64,000 nucleotides of DNA from Lingula anatina. Its lineage: Eukaryota; Animalia; Brachiopoda. The stretch spans positions 20,708,001-20,772,000 of the forward strand of contig CM120641.1 in the NCBI GenBank assembly GCA_051362555.1, in the 5' to 3' direction. Positions 1 to 13,600 of the stretch are shown here, one piece after another (positions within the stretch are counted from its first letter, which is position 1; the number at the start of each line of letters is the position of its first letter). Under the pieces are notes generated by a model that saw only the letters and a program-made list of their open reading frames with translations, was not told where the DNA came from and did not search any database. The position numbers were made by a program, and so were the translations under genes.

Positions 1-541
1 AGTTAGTGGGCTGCCATTAACATCAAATCCACTTCCAAAACGACAGAGAGAGATTTAAAAAGTAAAATATGAATAAAACTGCAATACTTTAAATAATGTT
101 GCAAAGTAAAAATAGCAGAAAAGGAAGAAATAAAAATTTTAAAAATCGGTTATCTTGTAAAAAACGCTCGGCTGTGTATAGTCAAGGTTTTTATTTCTTT
201 GGCAAAATCGAATTTCCTATTGAGGATACTGGTGCCGAAATAAAAAAATGAGAACAGTAGTCCAGCCACCTTTACCCCTTTTAAGAGGAGGATTGGTACC
301 GCCTTGGTAACATCCTGAGTTAATCCAAAGACACACAACGACTGTCGCCTGAACACACATTTCCAACAAATAGACCACCTCTCAATGTAAGCATGGTGCG
401 AGGCAGTAGAGTTCACAACAAAACATAGTTGTTAGGGCAATTGCAAAACAGTGATTAGACAGAATTGATCTTAAGACAAGCGGCATTTGCATTTTTAGAT
501 TTCAACGAACGCGACTCTTCATCTTTAACGATATTTTCGAT

Positions 542-2971
542 ATGGGGTGTAACAACAGCAAAGGGACCACGGCGTCGGATCCCAAGACAACACCTGCCCC
601 AAGGAAAGACACCAAACCGGCTCCTGCAGCCACGCCTGCTCAGTCTCAAGATGCTCCTCAGAAGACCGAAAATACCGAGAAAACTGAAGACACCCAGCAA
701 ACGAAATCTGCGGCAGAGGATGATACCGTCGCCAAAGTCGAAGAATGTGAAGGGGAGGTCTACGACCCTAACTGCCCAGTCCTATATATCAATAAGGTCG
801 ACCCGCAATCTATTGCTTGCATGATGCTGCTTAGCGAGACAGGAATCAAGGTTAACATAAAACATGTTGACCTTTTCAAAGACGAACACAAACAGGACTA
901 TTTTCTTAATGTGAGTGTCCAGTGTCTGTATGTCCAGTAACTGCGCAACAAGATGTAAATGATATTGGAGCCTTTTTTAAATGTCAGCTCCATAAAACAG
1001 TGATACTTTAAAATTTAGAATGTAGTTAGTACTTGAGTTATTCAAACTAGAGATTTGGATGTTATATGCTACGATTTTTCTTTCTAGTTTTTATGTTAAT
1101 TTGTCGAGATGAGCGTTTTTAACAATGGTGCTTTAACTAACCACTCATAGGCAAATATATACGCCTTATCACTACGATGATATTACACGAAAAAGGTACC
1201 AAATATATACACGTTGTTATAGCCCTGTGGTATTTTTTCAAGTATAATTTATATTTTCATATCTTCATTTGTTTTTTAGATAAATCCCGAACACTGTGTC
1301 CCTACTTTGGTGGATGGTGATTTTGTCCTTTGGGAAAGGTAAATATATGTATAATGGTGTGGAACTCTTCATGTCTGTGAGCTCATTACCATCAGTATAT
1401 TAAAGCATAAAACACAAAACAGGGGGTAATCATCTAAGTTTTAGTCATAAAACTATGTCATAGTTTAAGTTATGTTTTATTTTATTATATTTATTTTATT
1501 TTATTTTTTATTTTTTACCACTGCAGCCACCAATAAAAGAAATAGATAATTGAAAAAATATATAATGAAGTTAAATTTTTGAAAAATACTCCAAAAATTT
1601 CAATTTGTAGGCCTATCCTAAATACAAGGATCACGTTCCCCATTTCTTCCATTCAAGTCACAGGCTTTGAAAGTGCATAGATACTTTGTGGTGAACACGC
1701 ACGCTTAGTATGCATTATTCATATAAACAAATAAGAACTCAAAACATTCCAATATTGCGGACCATTCAGATCCGTTTTTTCTTATTTGCGCGATCAAATT
1801 TCTTCGATTCTTCGAAGGAACCATGAATGTCAACCAAATTAGACGTTTGAAAAGAGTACATCTGTGCATGTATCAGTTTGCATACGAGAATCAAATCAAT
1901 TTGGATGCTTTTTTTTCTTCTCCATTAGTTACTGCCTTCATACAAAATTACTTAATCGACACACACACACACACACACACACGCGCGTATATTCACACAA
2001 TATTCATTAAGTGACATCTATTCCAGTCGCCCGTTGATGAAATATCTGTGCCAGAAGTACGTCCCAGAGAGCAGTTTTTACCCCTCAGATAGAAAGCAAC
2101 GCGCTCTGGTGGATCGTCTAATGTACTGGGAAGCCAGCACTCTATGTACGGCAGTGTTCGATTATGCGGTAAGTTTATTTTGTGCTTTTTATACTAAATT
2201 CGTTTAAACAGAGACAAACAACGAACATTAAAAAATAATTGTGACACAATGTATATTGGAATCAGACAGGATGATCTGCATCTTCAGATTTCGCAAAACT
2301 TAATCGTAAAAAGTCCCATCGATTTTTTTCTCAAATTTTAAAAAGGCGCCGGGAAAGTGATAATAGATTTATATTCATTTCACAGAATAAAAGAATATCC
2401 ATTATGGCAATTTTTGCACATTCGTATCAAGTATCATGTATAAATATGTTAAGTGCTCTCCAATATTCAATTGAAAAAAAAAAGCTCATTTCTTTCTTGA
2501 TATTCGATTCTTAATGTGTCACGTATGTTTTACTAGAAAGGCAAAGGTTTTTATAATCACTTTGCCAAAGACCAATATGATTTATTGTTATATTACCTAC
2601 ATTAATTCAATAAATATAGTAACAGATTTTAAATTATTTTAAAGTATCTGTTTATCTTTTCATAAACATAGGCATACGCAGCATTTCTCGGCAAAGCTAT
2701 CGATTCTGAGAAGGAACCAAAGGTTAAAGAAGCACTGGATTACCTAGATAAACATCTCAGCGGCAAGTCTTACGTCTGTGGTGACACCATGACACTTGTA
2801 GACTTGAGCATAATCAATACTTTGGCTCTTCTTTGGTATATCGACTATAAAATTGACAGTTGGAGCAACGTTGTTCAGTGGGTAAAGAGGGTAGAGAAAA
2901 TTGAATGTTTCGGGAAAGTTAACGCCGCAGTGGCGGAACATAAGAAAACGCTAGAGAACAAGGCTCAGTAA
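542..2971 (+). CDS. Glutathione S-transferase, theta/delta-epsilon-like fold, with ~75-aa N-terminal extension (4 exons)
   Basis: GT-AG exons 542-910, 1280-1338, 2027-2168 and 2672-2971 join in frame. Motifs VDLFKDEHKQDYFLN|INPEHCVPTLVDGDFVLWE|SRPLMKYL, FYPSDRKQRALVDRLMYWE and YVCGDTMTLVDLSI are typical of theta/delta GSTs. Confidence 0.9.
1959..1982. repeat. (CA)n microsatellite
   Basis: Direct dinucleotide run in GST intron 2. Confidence 0.9.
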
Positions 2972-4467
2972 AACAGACTAATGGACTTCATTTTTTAACC
3001 GTCTTCCTATCAATGTTCACGGATTTCAAAGAAATCAGACCATTGTATTTTTCTTTTACCCTCATGTAAGTTCAACCGATACATGCAGTCTTCAACTGGA
3101 TCTGAAGCACAATATATACGATGACCATGAACCTTCATAAAACTAATTTTTCGTATTTAACAAGATCAAACTTCTGAAGACACGCACAAGCCACTTCTTC
3201 GTAGAACACACAATCTGGTTTCTGTTTTGTATTTGCTCAAAGAAATGACTGGACTGCAACATATGACACAAGGAGAATCTGTGGAGTACAAAACATTCTG
3301 TATATAACTGTATTTAATCAAGAGCTGTTAGGGACTTTAAGAAGGGACTTTTGTAAATGTCTTTTTGTTGCCTGTGATACCGTACGCTACTTTTAAGCTG
3401 CTGTGTGGATATATTTTACTTTATACCTTACTTCTGAATGATATTTTCCTTACATTTTGTGAACCGCTTGTAAACGAAAGAAAATTCCCGAATATATTTA
3501 CATACTATTTATTAATAAGTAAAAGGTAATAATGTATATGAACAGAGAAAAAATATAATTTAAGTCAATTTCAGGATTTTTTTACATAGCTCAAACTAAT
3601 ATGGATTTTATAATACCTCGTAAAAATTAGGAAATTATTCTTAACATTAAATAAAATGACACAAAAACAAATATCACTGTTTTATTCATTGTTGTTATAT
3701 TACCTACATTTATTCAATAAACATAGTAACAGATTCAAAGTAATGCATCAGTGAACGCAACACCGTGCAATGAAGCATCATTCAAGTTTACTGGGCAAGC
3801 ACAGCAAAAATAAATATAAACAAAAAATGAAAATTATACTCCTATAGCTTATTACAGTTAACATGTTATTGTGGGGAACCTACACAGAAATGTAATCATA
3901 TTGCAACAAGTACTTACATAACAACAAATGTACAACAGCACAGTCTGAGAAAACAATTTCACTGCCTTATAAAAAGCATAAAATTTGGGTTAACTTTTTA
4001 CTTCCTCCAAAGAACCCTAGGTCCACATTTATAAATACAACTTTCAGTAGACTAGGCTTTGTAATATTCCCTGATAATCCGACTGGTCTCCACTACCAGT
4101 ACTTACCCATGACTGACTACTCATGAACAGAGAAATTGCACATGACTATAAATGAGCTCTGTATGATCCTCATAACATATTTCAGTATAATTAATTACAA
4201 CAGACACCTATTAAAAATATAACATTTTTAGTCTTTGTGATTATGAATATCTGTTGCTTTCTACTGATGGAAAATCCCTCTAAATGGTTCCATTTCCATA
4301 CAAATTAAAACATTTCAGAACTACTATTATGACTTAATACATACATTGTTAACATATTTTTATCTCAAGTTCTATTACTTCCACAAAGCTCCTATATCCT
4401 TGTCATGCAAGTCTGCACAATCAATATTCATAAATTCATTGACTATGATATCAAAGCTTTTTCTCTA

Positions 4468-7400
4468 TCAGTGTCTCAAATCTGCAACAACAATGTGCTG
4501 GTCTTCAACAATTTGGACATGACTGGATTGCTGAAAGTATACACAATATTACCACATGGATGGAAGTTAGATTTAGGGAAAGAAAAGATTGGTGAAAAAG
4601 CAAAACTTTGCATTACAAGCATTGTTCTTTTTCCAGCAAAGCAATAAATAAATATTATTTGTATTCACGTGCAACAAACAAAGGTCATTACCAGAAAACA
4701 AACAGAGGTCATTACCATTAATTGAGTACTGAGATGAAGCAGGACTTAAAACAGTGATATTCTCACCATGAAAAGTGAAACATACTAATATATATTAGAC
4801 ATGTAGTCAATATATAGTGCTTTTATCTAGAAAAGGGTGTACCTCATAAAGGGGAGGTTCCTCAGGGTGTTTATGAAACCCCTTCTGCCTGCAGTTGGCC
4901 ACATAATCTAAACCATAGTCAGGAGTCAGGAGAAAAAAGCCAGTCCTGAAAAATATTTCATAATGCTTGTTACAAGAACCAAACACATACGTATCTTACA
5001 TTTGCAAATACAATAATCACAGTGATAATGTCAACTAAACAATCCAGGCCTACAGCTTGCAGATTCACATATTTTAGTTATGCAAATTTTCCTATGGTAA
5101 CTTTTCCGATCTGAAAGCAGCTACAGAGCTAATATCTAATACTAAGCATAAACTCTCTCTCTCTCTCTCAGAACACAATAAACACTTCACTGATGTGTGG
5201 AAGATTATACTTGGTGTAGAAAAACAACACATTACTTACTCTTGATATTTAGGAGAGATGACTATAGCAATGGCTTCTGGCATCATCATCTGATATCCCG
5301 CATGGGTGTGCAAATCCACACTGGACATAAATGCTGTCTGAGATGGATGGGTCTGGAATACCAACATTTGAAATACAGTACACTCGACATAGCTTATTTC
5401 GCAACTCATAACATGAATTGTCTGAAACAATTCTTATGAATTTGATTTCCTTTTTGGTATAAGGTGAAGTAATCATGAACATTACCTATGTTGCATCTCT
5501 GCAATAAAACTTGATATTGTGATACATATCTGCAAATATTGATAAACCATCTGGCAGTGCATGGTGTGAAGCTGCACGACTTCTCAAGACAAAAAATGGT
5601 CTGATGAACTTTCATGTAATAACATTACAAAGACTGCAGTCTTTTCACCGAGACAGACTAAAACCTACATAAGTCTAATCTATGATTCAAAAATCATTAA
5701 TCATTTCATGACCCACCAGTTGCTTACACCATTAACTTTCATTACGGTCACCAGACACTTACATGTATCCATCCCAGAGTAATCAAGTCATGCTTATCCT
5801 GGTAATCAAAGATGGCCTCCTCATCTTCGGCACTGCAGGAGTCAGACGTACCAGACTGCTTGGGTACCAGCAGGTTTGTTATGGTGAACGCACCTTGACT
5901 CTGAATATACAAATATATATTTATGAGTTTGTTCATGCTTTCACAATTATGGTCAATATTGCTGTTCATGTACTACTTTTTCTTCGTTAGACAACTTCTC
6001 ACAACAGGGACTCGTTTCACAAAAGATTTTAGACCTTAACATTCATACAAAACTAGTCTACTTTTACCTTAATTAATTGGTTGTCATCCAGCAAATACTA
6101 CAATAATACTGTATCTGTTTTATCACAACAAAAAAATTACTTCTGTTTTTTTACCAACTGTTCCCCTTTTTTGGTTATCTACTTTTGAAGAATATCCAAT
6201 TTTGGGTTTCAAGCTTAAGCTCAAAATTAGCAAAGTACTTTTTGACATTACTTGTCCACCAACCAACAGACAATAGGAGAAAACCCTCATCATGAAAAAC
6301 CCAATCTCTTTCTTTGGTGAAGTTTTTGATGTGCTCTCACCAATTTCCCTGCCAGAATTCCACAGGTCTCTACATTCCTGGCAGTGTTGGCTGTGGCCAG
6401 GTGTAGAAACTTAGGCATCAGGTCAGCAGGGCAGATGACATCCTTCAACCCATGAGCATTATGACTAGTTCCACCTATACTTGTATGGTGATTGACTCTT
6501 GGTTTGCTGGAGCGGTCAACAATAGGCCTGAAGATAAAATATTTTTATGGCTCAAACACAAAATAATGTGAGGTAGAGATGCCCTAAAACAGTATATTTT
6601 GATCATAAAATGATTAGTAAGATCTTACTTTCAAGATTTCAACATTTTCAAAAAGCATTTGATTCTATAAACCAAAATTTCCATTTTTCTTGAAATTGAG
6701 TATGCAAACTGCATGGACTAATACACAATAAATAATGAACAAATGTTACATAGGGTGAGTACAGGGAACAGATACAAGTGCCTTATCGTGAAGTTCTACA
6801 CAGATTAACCAAATGTGCAAAAAAATGTGGAAAAACACACAGCTATTTAATACATTATTTCATTAAACAATTGTATATTAAAATAACATTTAAAAATACT
6901 ACCCAAAATATTTAAGGAATAATCATGTCTGTTTTCATGTTTAACCTGCATTTTAGACCCGTGCGTAATTACAGATTTGAAGCAAATAGCAACCTTGGTT
7001 TCTGGTTCTAATGGCTTCTAGAAATGCTTATGACTCGGGCGATCTCTCTAGCAAAGTGGATAGAAGCAGGTGATCAATATAAGTACAGACACTATACAGT
7101 CTGTGCATAAAAATGGATTCAACTCTCTACATTCTTACGCTGTCGGTCTGATGTCCTCCTGTGGTAGTGGTGGGGCAGAAGGTTCATATGGAGGTGGAAG
7201 ATCTATGGAACCAGCTGCTCCAACAACCTGCTGTGCATTATTTGATATTTGGCCATTGTCTAGATAAGCACCTCTGGTGTTTAAGATTTTCTTTTCTTCT
7301 TCATAAAGACGTAATCTTTCTTCTTGAATTTGCCTTTCCCTTTCTTCTTTTTTTAAAAGTTCCAACTTTTTCCTTTCTTCTAATTCTTTATATTCCTCTA

Positions 7401-8860
7401 CCCTTTTCCTGTGAGCCTCTTCTTCTTGCTTCTTTTGTTCTTCTATTAATTTCTGTTTCTCAAGCTCTTTGGCCAGTAATTCTTCTTGTTTTTTCTGTAG
7501 ATTAAAATAAAATGAAAATAAAATGAATTATAGTGGGCTTTTCAAAAGTGAGCACAGGAAACTTGATCCTAAAGCCAGTCAATATCAAGTCATTTGCATA
7601 TTTTTATGGTCTTTTCCACTAGGAACTACATTCTAAGTATCCTAAATTTCTCAAAAATTAAGAATTCAACACAAAAAAAGAATGTTTTTGCCATATATGT
7701 TACACTTAAGATACAAACTATGTAATTTAAATGATTTCAACTTTTAATTTACCTCACATTTATCTGCTCAAAAGCTTACCTGCTCTTCCTTTTTCCTCTC
7801 TGCAATAACAGCAAATTCTTTTTTTAATTTAGCTTTTAATTCCTCTGCTCTAGGGAGAACTATGTCTCTTATTTTCTGTGGAATGGATGAAAAAATATTT
7901 GTAACAATTGAAATACATAATTATTCTAATTTATTAAACATTTTACAAGCATAATTAAATTCAGGAAGATTATCCAATAAGTTTAACCATAATCTCAAAG
8001 GTATATATTTGTGTATGAAAATGTCTAAAAGAAATCTTTTCTGTACATATATTCTATTCTTTTCTGTACATATATTCTATAAAGCCAAACATACAGAACT
8101 AATTCATTTAATTGAAAATGGTGTAAAACATTAAATCCAGGAATATAACGTACGTACACGCAGGAATAGATCAAGCTATGATGCATGATAAAGAAAAAAC
8201 TGCTCTTTGGCTTGAAGAAATTTGATTTGGTGCAAAACTATCATCATAATATCTTTATAATTAGAGGTACAATGTAAATCTGACAAACAGAGAAATACAG
8301 TTGCAAAAGTTCCTTTTCACAAGCCCAAGATACTGCTACTTTACCTGATTAATTTGGCTCTTCTCTTTACTAGGCACACTCTTGTACTCTGGATGTTGGC
8401 GCAGTTTGTCCAGAAACAGACTAGACAGAGGAACACAGCAGTATAGTACATAAATTAAGAAACAGTGTCTTATGCAGGTTTGCTATATTACAGTATATAC
8501 ATGTGTGGCTCTATACAATGTATAAATGGCATACATTTGTACAAGCATATACTATGGATAATTACTGCATGTGTGTGCGTGCGTGCCTGTGTGCACTCGA
8601 GTGCAGAATTAAATGTGGGTGTGTCAGAGAGATAGAGAGTGGCAGACAGTGACTCACATGATGGCTCTTGTGTACAAAAGATATGCTGCCTCATTGTTTT
8701 TCTCATCATAGTATACATTCGCCATTCGTATCAGTTCTCCACCGGATCTGAAATACCTTCTGGCAGGTGTTTCATGGTTAACTTGACACGTGCCTTCCGC
8801 ATATTCAAACAATGCTTTTAGGCGTTCAGATGGCTCGACAATATTCTCAAACAATCTCAT
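4468..8860 (-). CDS. STAMBP: STAM-binding protein / AMSH-type JAMM deubiquitinase
   Basis: Approx. exons 8860-8658, 8420-8345, 7875-7780, 7494-7139, 6527-6341, 5901-5763, 5354-5238, 4946-4843, 4529-4468. MIT-like N-terminus ([20 protein letters not shown]), SH3-binding [12 protein letters not shown]+ [12 protein letters not shown], intact JAMM GWIH|[14 protein letters not shown]-terminus ...VADLRH*. Confidence 0.93.
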
Positions 8861-10611
8861 CTTCAGTTCACGTCAAGCAGTATTTATCAAACGTCTTCAA
8901 TGCTTCAGGAATATGAGCTTACGTTGATAGAAAAGGTAGCATTAGGATTGACAGTTGAATCCATTACTCAGTCTGTTGATGGAAGTGCAATAATATCGGA
9001 TGATGTCAGATCAGCGTGACCCGTTCCTTTCACAATGACTCAAAAGTAAAAGCCAACTGTATGGGAGAACTTATCCAGCTATGGAATATTTTATGGTGAC
9101 GAAGATATATAGCCTTTAGGAATGATTTAACAGTTGTTTTCGTTCGACTCGATTTTACCTGCCTTTCCTGCCTTCATTGATTTTACTAAAATAAGGAATT
9201 GTGCAGGTCGATCATGCAATATTTCTTTCAATGTTGCTCTCGTATATGAAAATACATAGTGAAAACATTGCAATGTTAACCCTATATTGCCTAAATGTCT
9301 TTACTGTTTAGTTTCAAATCCATATCACGTCCAAACAGCGCTCCGCTATTAGAAATATGGGTTAAATTGCATTCCTATTTTTAGACATGCTCAACTTCTG
9401 CAGCGCACGTGACCAACATCCCTTTCGTGCTGGCTGGATCACTTGCTGTACTGCCGTGCCTCTTTTTTATTAACAGTGGAGTTAATAGATATCTTAAATA
9501 GCTTTACGTGAAATTGAGTAGCATTATGTTAGTTTTGCTAACTCGATCGTTATTTCATCCCGTTTTGTGTCTCATTGAGCACAAGAGTGCGGGTGAAAGT
9601 GCTCGGAAGAAAATTCGCATTTCAGTTGAATAATTGATATATGTTAAAGCCACATAATAAAACAATCGTTGAAAATCTGATTAATAAATGTGTGGTTCTG
9701 TGCTTTAGCAAGTGAAAATCCCAGGCAAGTATAACTTTGTCAGTTGCTGTTTGTGCTGTTTTATTAGGTAATTGGGAAGCCTCCAATGGGTATTGACGAG
9801 ATTGAGAGAGAGAGCAAGAGAGAAAATCAAGTATTTTGTAAAAACAAATGTTTATTTACATCTCAACTTTAAGGACAGTGTAATAATTTGAATTATCCAT
9901 GAACCGTTTTATAAAAGTCTTTGTTATACTTTTTTTCTATACTTTGACTTGTCTTTTATTTAAAAGCTGCATAATACAGGTTGCCATGAAAAAGAAACTG
10001 GATATTTAATGCTCATTTCTGAATGTATCTCCAGATGACTTTTGGTTTTTAGTATCATATCTGTTTAAATGAACATTTTAATTTGCAAATATAGTTCAGC
10101 CCTAGTAAATAGCATTATTCACTGAACTCTTAACTTGTCCACAGACAGTACAACTTCTTATGTTCTTTTATTGATCCTTTGGTAAACAGATCACAGCATT
10201 ATACAACAACTTGTAACTTGAACTTGAATGTCAAAGTCATTTAATATAGCATAGCCCTGAACCACAGAGACTAAAGTTCTTTGTCCATAAAACTGCTCCT
10301 CGGAGAGCCTGAGAAAGAAAAATGAAACATTTCAAAATTTGACCATCTGTTTTGATTTATTATTTCAAAATCATCACATTTTAATATTTTTAAATGTGAA
10401 ATTTCAGAAAAAATGTTTTGAATATCATGGGTGCAGGTGAACCATTTTATATAGAATCCCAAGGATTAACAGTTGCAATATTATAAGATTGCTACATTCA
10501 AAAAGTATATTCAAATTAATTTTCAATTTCAGATTTTTAATAATGTATCTTTGAATACAGAAATCTGGAGTCAAACATATACTTACCAATGATTCAACAA
10601 AGAAACCTGTA

Positions 10612-13600
10612 TCATAATAAATTTTCCATTTCTTTCATGAAACTGTCATAAGCATCATCTTTTGTTTGAGCTGCAGGCTGTGGAGCTGCTGGTTTTGGTG
10701 CAGGCCCTGTCAACCTCTCCTCTGTACCTTTACCTACAGATAAAAAAATTTATGAGTGATATTGTGTTCAGGCAATGGTGACATTCACATTTTTCCTAAC
10801 ATTTATTGTTTTTCAGCAATGAAAGCCTAATTGAAAAGCTTATTGTAGCAATGGCAAAATTATTGACATTCCAAAATATGATTCAATGCACATATTGTCA
10901 AATAAATCTTTTGGAACAAACAAAATGAAAGAATAATTTTTTTAAAAACAAAAATGTTTCATGCTGTGCTAATTGCTTTTGTTTAGACAGAGTTTTTCTA
11001 TTACAAACAAAACTATGATAGAGAAAACAACTAAATAAGAGTCATCTGTTTATTACAATCTTCTTACCAATCATCCTTATCTTTCCCTTGGAATCCTTCA
11101 TCTCTCTCCTAATCTTCAGAGCTGTTGGGGTAAACCGTGTAACATCTCCAATCATGTGTTTAATCTGTGGCTTAGCCTCTATGGTAGCAGTGCTCTTCTG
11201 TTCCTCTTCTCTGACTTTCTGTGGGGGTTTCTGAATACTTGGTGGGGCACTGAGAACATTGGGGTTTACAGGGCCTGGACCCAGCCCCTGGGGTGGTAAT
11301 CCTGGGGGTGGTATGCCTGGAGGAACTCCAGGTGGACGCATTAACCTGGGTGGGGGCATACCTGACCAAAACAAAAATCCATATAAGAGCTCTCAAAAAT
11401 GTTTACTTTAAATCAACATAATTCCATTTAGCTACTGTTTGTTGCTATCAGTATGATTTGTTTTTAAAGTTATTAGTTAAAACTATTTATTTAAAAGATT
11501 GTGTGATGTAATTCCAGAAACATAAAGCTGATGTTCAACATCAATTAAAAAAAAAATCTTACCTGGTGGTCCAGGCGGTAGTCTTGGGGGTGGTGCCCTG
11601 ATGTTTGAAGGCATACCAGGTGGGGGACCTGGAGGTAACCCTGGGGGTCTGCCTGGAGGGGGCCCAGGGGGTAGTAACCTTGGGGGTCCACCTGGGGGTC
11701 CTCTAAGTGGGGGTGGCCTGAACATCATAGGTGGCATCCCTGGGGGTGGACCTATAAAACATCAGTGAATGAGTTAGGCTGTATCTAAGTTGTCTGTTGA
11801 TGCAGACTTTGTCATGATTTTTTGAAACTAATACATTATCAATTTAATATTAAATATATGGATCACTTTATGAGGAAACACAACACAACTTCCTTTCACA
11901 TATCAATTGAGAGATATATCTGGTGAATAAGCTTTTTTCTTTTTTAATATATTTCTTTAAAAAATAAACATAAAATAAACTGTTTAGGTCTACTGTGTGA
12001 CATAACTTGAGACACTTCATTAAGTTACCTGGTGGAAGACCTGGAGGAGGCCCAGGTGGAGCTCCAGGTGGTCCACCAGATGGCGCAGCCGCTGAAGCTG
12101 CCCCCTGTGCAGCTGCAGGTGGCACCCCTGGTGGTGGACCTGGCGGGATTTTTACCATCTCTTCAGAAGAAGTGCTTGGCTCTTGACGTTCTGAATGTTC
12201 TACAATGACTTCTTCCTCTTCAGTATTGTGCTGAAACAGTCCATGGCAGTTGTTAGAGGGGTTTTTAAATAATCACTCACACTGCACCTTAAGTTTACAA
12301 AACTTTGTTTATGTACATGGGTGTCCCCAGGCAGGCAGTTTCAGTAAGAATACAGTTTTTACTATTTTCATTTAAGACTTAAGCGACCATGATGCTGTAT
12401 AAATGGATGACAGTTTCACACCATCCACATAATTAATTGTGTTGGTAAAACATCAATCACAAGGGACTAAGTGACAGTCCTTCTGGGAGGGACCCAAAAT
12501 TTGTGTCTAAAAAGTCACTGTCCTCATTGCAAGTTCAGAAATAAATTCAAAAGTAAAACTTCTTTACGGACTTAGATAGGACTGGTCAAAAGTAAGACAA
12601 GGACAAAATACATAAACATATGTATATATACCATGTCCATGACACTGGGCTTCTTGACCACCTCCTCCTCTACTCGGACTTTAGGGACCTCCTGTCCAGC
12701 TAACTGTAACATCTTTGCCTGTAGAGGGGACACGGCAACTTTATACATGGTACGAGAGTCTTTTTCTTCTTCATTAGGATCCCTTGTGGCATCATCCATA
12801 AAACGTATTTTTCTCTGTTTGGCTGAAAACATAATGTTCATGTGTTAAAGTGGCACTGTAGAGACTGTGAGCATCTTTATATACGATACAATAAATTCTA
12901 TTTGGAGACATATATATCTGAAATACAAATAGGTTCAATTTGATAATGGTTGTATTACAGACAGATACCAAGTGGAACAAAAAATCCAAATATGCAACTA
13001 TCAAAGTTATTTTTTTGTTTCAATTGGTGGCCATCCCTCACCATATACTCTAGTGTGTGTTGTGTGCTTAAATACCTGGAGGTGGCACCACTGGGTGTGG
13101 AGGTTCTTCTACATCATCCACTCCTGGCGGCCTCAATGGTTCACTGGTATCCATAGGTTCTGGAACTGAACACATGCTAAATTAACTCACTGGCTTATTT
13201 TAAACATTTACATTTTTTTCTTTCTGGAACAACACAAATGTAAATAACTGTCACACAATAATAATAATAATAATAATAATAATAATCACTGTCCCAGTGG
13301 TTGTTCAGTTTTATTACTAATAACAAGAAAGTAGCCACTGAAGGCCTCATTACCTTGTCCTCTACTTTTGTATGGGTCTGTAGATTCATCTTCACTGTCA
13401 CTCAGAGGGGGAGGAGGTCCAGGAGGGGGCCCTGGGGGATTTCTTTTCCTTCCTGGCTCCAGGGGCTTTCCAAGACTGAAATTGGGAAAATGTGAGAAAA
13501 TGGCCACACACAATGGCTAAAAGCTTCTATAAATTACTTCACTTTGGGTGCATATATCAGCTACAAAACTGACTGACTGATTGACTCGTTTAAAGATTAC

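Noticed and set aside
455-824. ORFs 455-700 (-) and 465-824 (+)
   Set aside because: Shadow frames of GC-richer GST exon 1, with no independent motifs.
6995-7050. Possible extra STAMBP exon
   Set aside because: It has a stop in the needed frame, and the flanking exons already join in phase (GC|G CCT ATT GTT).
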